From assembly GCF_018350175.1 (NCBI RefSeq), contig NC_058368.1, positions 95,606,001-95,670,000 on the forward strand: 64,000 nucleotides of DNA. The letters run 5' to 3'. Positions 62,722-64,000 of the stretch are shown in pieces. The notes under the pieces are model-generated. The model had not been told where the DNA came from and did no database searches. It saw nothing but the letters and a program-made list of their open reading frames with translations. The position numbers and the translations under genes are program-made. Position 1 is the first letter of the stretch, and every line of letters starts with the position of its first letter. The stretch is from Felis catus. Lineage: Eukaryota.

Positions 62722-64000
62722 AATAGAGCACTTTCAAAAGCTAGTTTTCTTTTACCTTTGACTTGGTGGACTGATACTCTACGTCACAAATTTGTACTTG
62801 TATGTGGAGATTGAGTGGGGAAGTGACATCCTTTGATGCTGCTTCCCCCCCCCCCCCACTCCCCACCCCATGTCCTATTTAATTCTTCCACCTTGTAGTG
62901 CTGACAGGAGGATTGGAACCACCTGGACTTCTTTTGTTCTTTATTTTAATTTTCAGAGATGTGAGTCATATTTTCAATGTTCTAATACAAGGATATTAGT
63001 CGTCATAAAATTTTACTTCTTTGTGGTTTTGCCTTCTCGCTGTACATCCAGGCACTAATGAGTGCCATAACAGAAAGAACCAGGAACTCCAAAGTAAGTG
63101 GTCAACTTTATTTCACAGAACAGGCATTGTTTCACATTATTCTGTCTCACTCAGAATTCCTTGTTGCTGATATTATCAAGAAATTCAGACAAGAAGTGTA
63201 ACATTGAAACTGTAGAACCACAGACAGATCTTGACCCCAGAATAAGAGGTCTTTGCGTCTTCTCTCTACTATGCATACAGACTCCACTGGGTAAAACTTA
63301 CCTCTTTTAAGACACTACCAAGTGTTTGGGGACAAGGCACCACGAATAAACAAATTATACCCAGAAGGCTATCTTCTGTTTTTTTTTTTTTTTCAGTTAC
63401 TCCAAGTTCAAAATACTTTGTCAAATACAGAATAGGAAGCCATAAACACCTTTCAATCAAGTGGCCTGGTTATTGACAACCATCCTTTTAGAAACCATTA
63501 AGCTCTATTTATGGCAGACAAGCTACAGACATATTTACATGATATGTTCTCATCACACCACGAGGTGTAGGGTGAAGACTGGATCCTATTGGGTAAAATT
63601 CTGAAGAACTTGAACGGACCCTGAATTGTCTTGGAAGCCTCATAATTACATAGAAGCATCACTGAATTGTATCTGGGGCAGTTTCCGATTTCACACAATA
63701 CTGGACTTTTAACTTCTTGAGATTTAAGAGTTACCCATTTCTGCTGAAGAGGAGGGTAGAAAATGGTGTGTTCACAAATCATTAGCCCAAGGCTCCGGGC
63801 CACAAAGCTGCCTTGAAGCGTAACCCATTCCATTGGTAAATGGCAGTCTTGCAGAAAGTTGTGTGCCGATGAGAATTTTGTGATACCTTGATGTCATCCT
63901 TCCTAAAGTCAGTGACTCTTCCTGACGGTCCATTCCTATACCTCTGACCGTATCCACTGTTATTGAGTCACTACCTGTCCAGCCAGCACCTCTAAACGTT

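Noticed and set aside
63498..64000. Overlapping - strand ORFs at the window edge (possible last exon or retroviral remnant)
   Set aside because: No recognisable protein or retroviral motif in any frame, and the last 40 nt resemble a MIR/L2 end; cannot be fully excluded without downstream sequence
1..64000. A novel multi-gene or defence-type system
   Set aside because: No intact non-repeat CDS, operon-like structure, RNA gene or array is visible; known carnivore repeats plus unique non-coding DNA explain the content

Overview
This is mammalian nuclear DNA from a felid (cat family), identified by about 39 tRNA-derived carnivore SINEs of the feline SINEC_Fc type (21 on the - strand, 18 on the +), most with readable target-site duplications (TSDs). 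The window is non-coding and repeat-rich. It also holds young felid/carnivore L1 3' fragments, ancient L1MB/L1MC/L1ME, L2 and MIR fragments, MaLR (MLT1) and ERV1-type solo LTRs, Tigger and hAT DNA-transposon relics, and microsatellites. I recognise no host protein-coding gene. The supplied ORFs are SINE, microsatellite or chance frames, except two L1 ORF2 remnants (8610-9005 and about 25753-25908). L1 fragments are strongly biased to the - strand, which suggests the window lies in an intron of a + strand transcript, and a few weak + strand exon-like segments are flagged. The best-supported curiosities are retrotransposition events: a 5'-inverted (twin-primed) L1, a SINE nested in a SINE, a head-to-head SINE fusion missing one head, a site with three TSD copies, and very young, possibly polymorphic SINEs. 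There are also candidate enhancer motif clusters. I found no support for a novel biological system. Repeat subfamily names come from recalled consensus resemblance and need RepeatMasker/Dfam confirmation. Boundaries of old elements are approximate.
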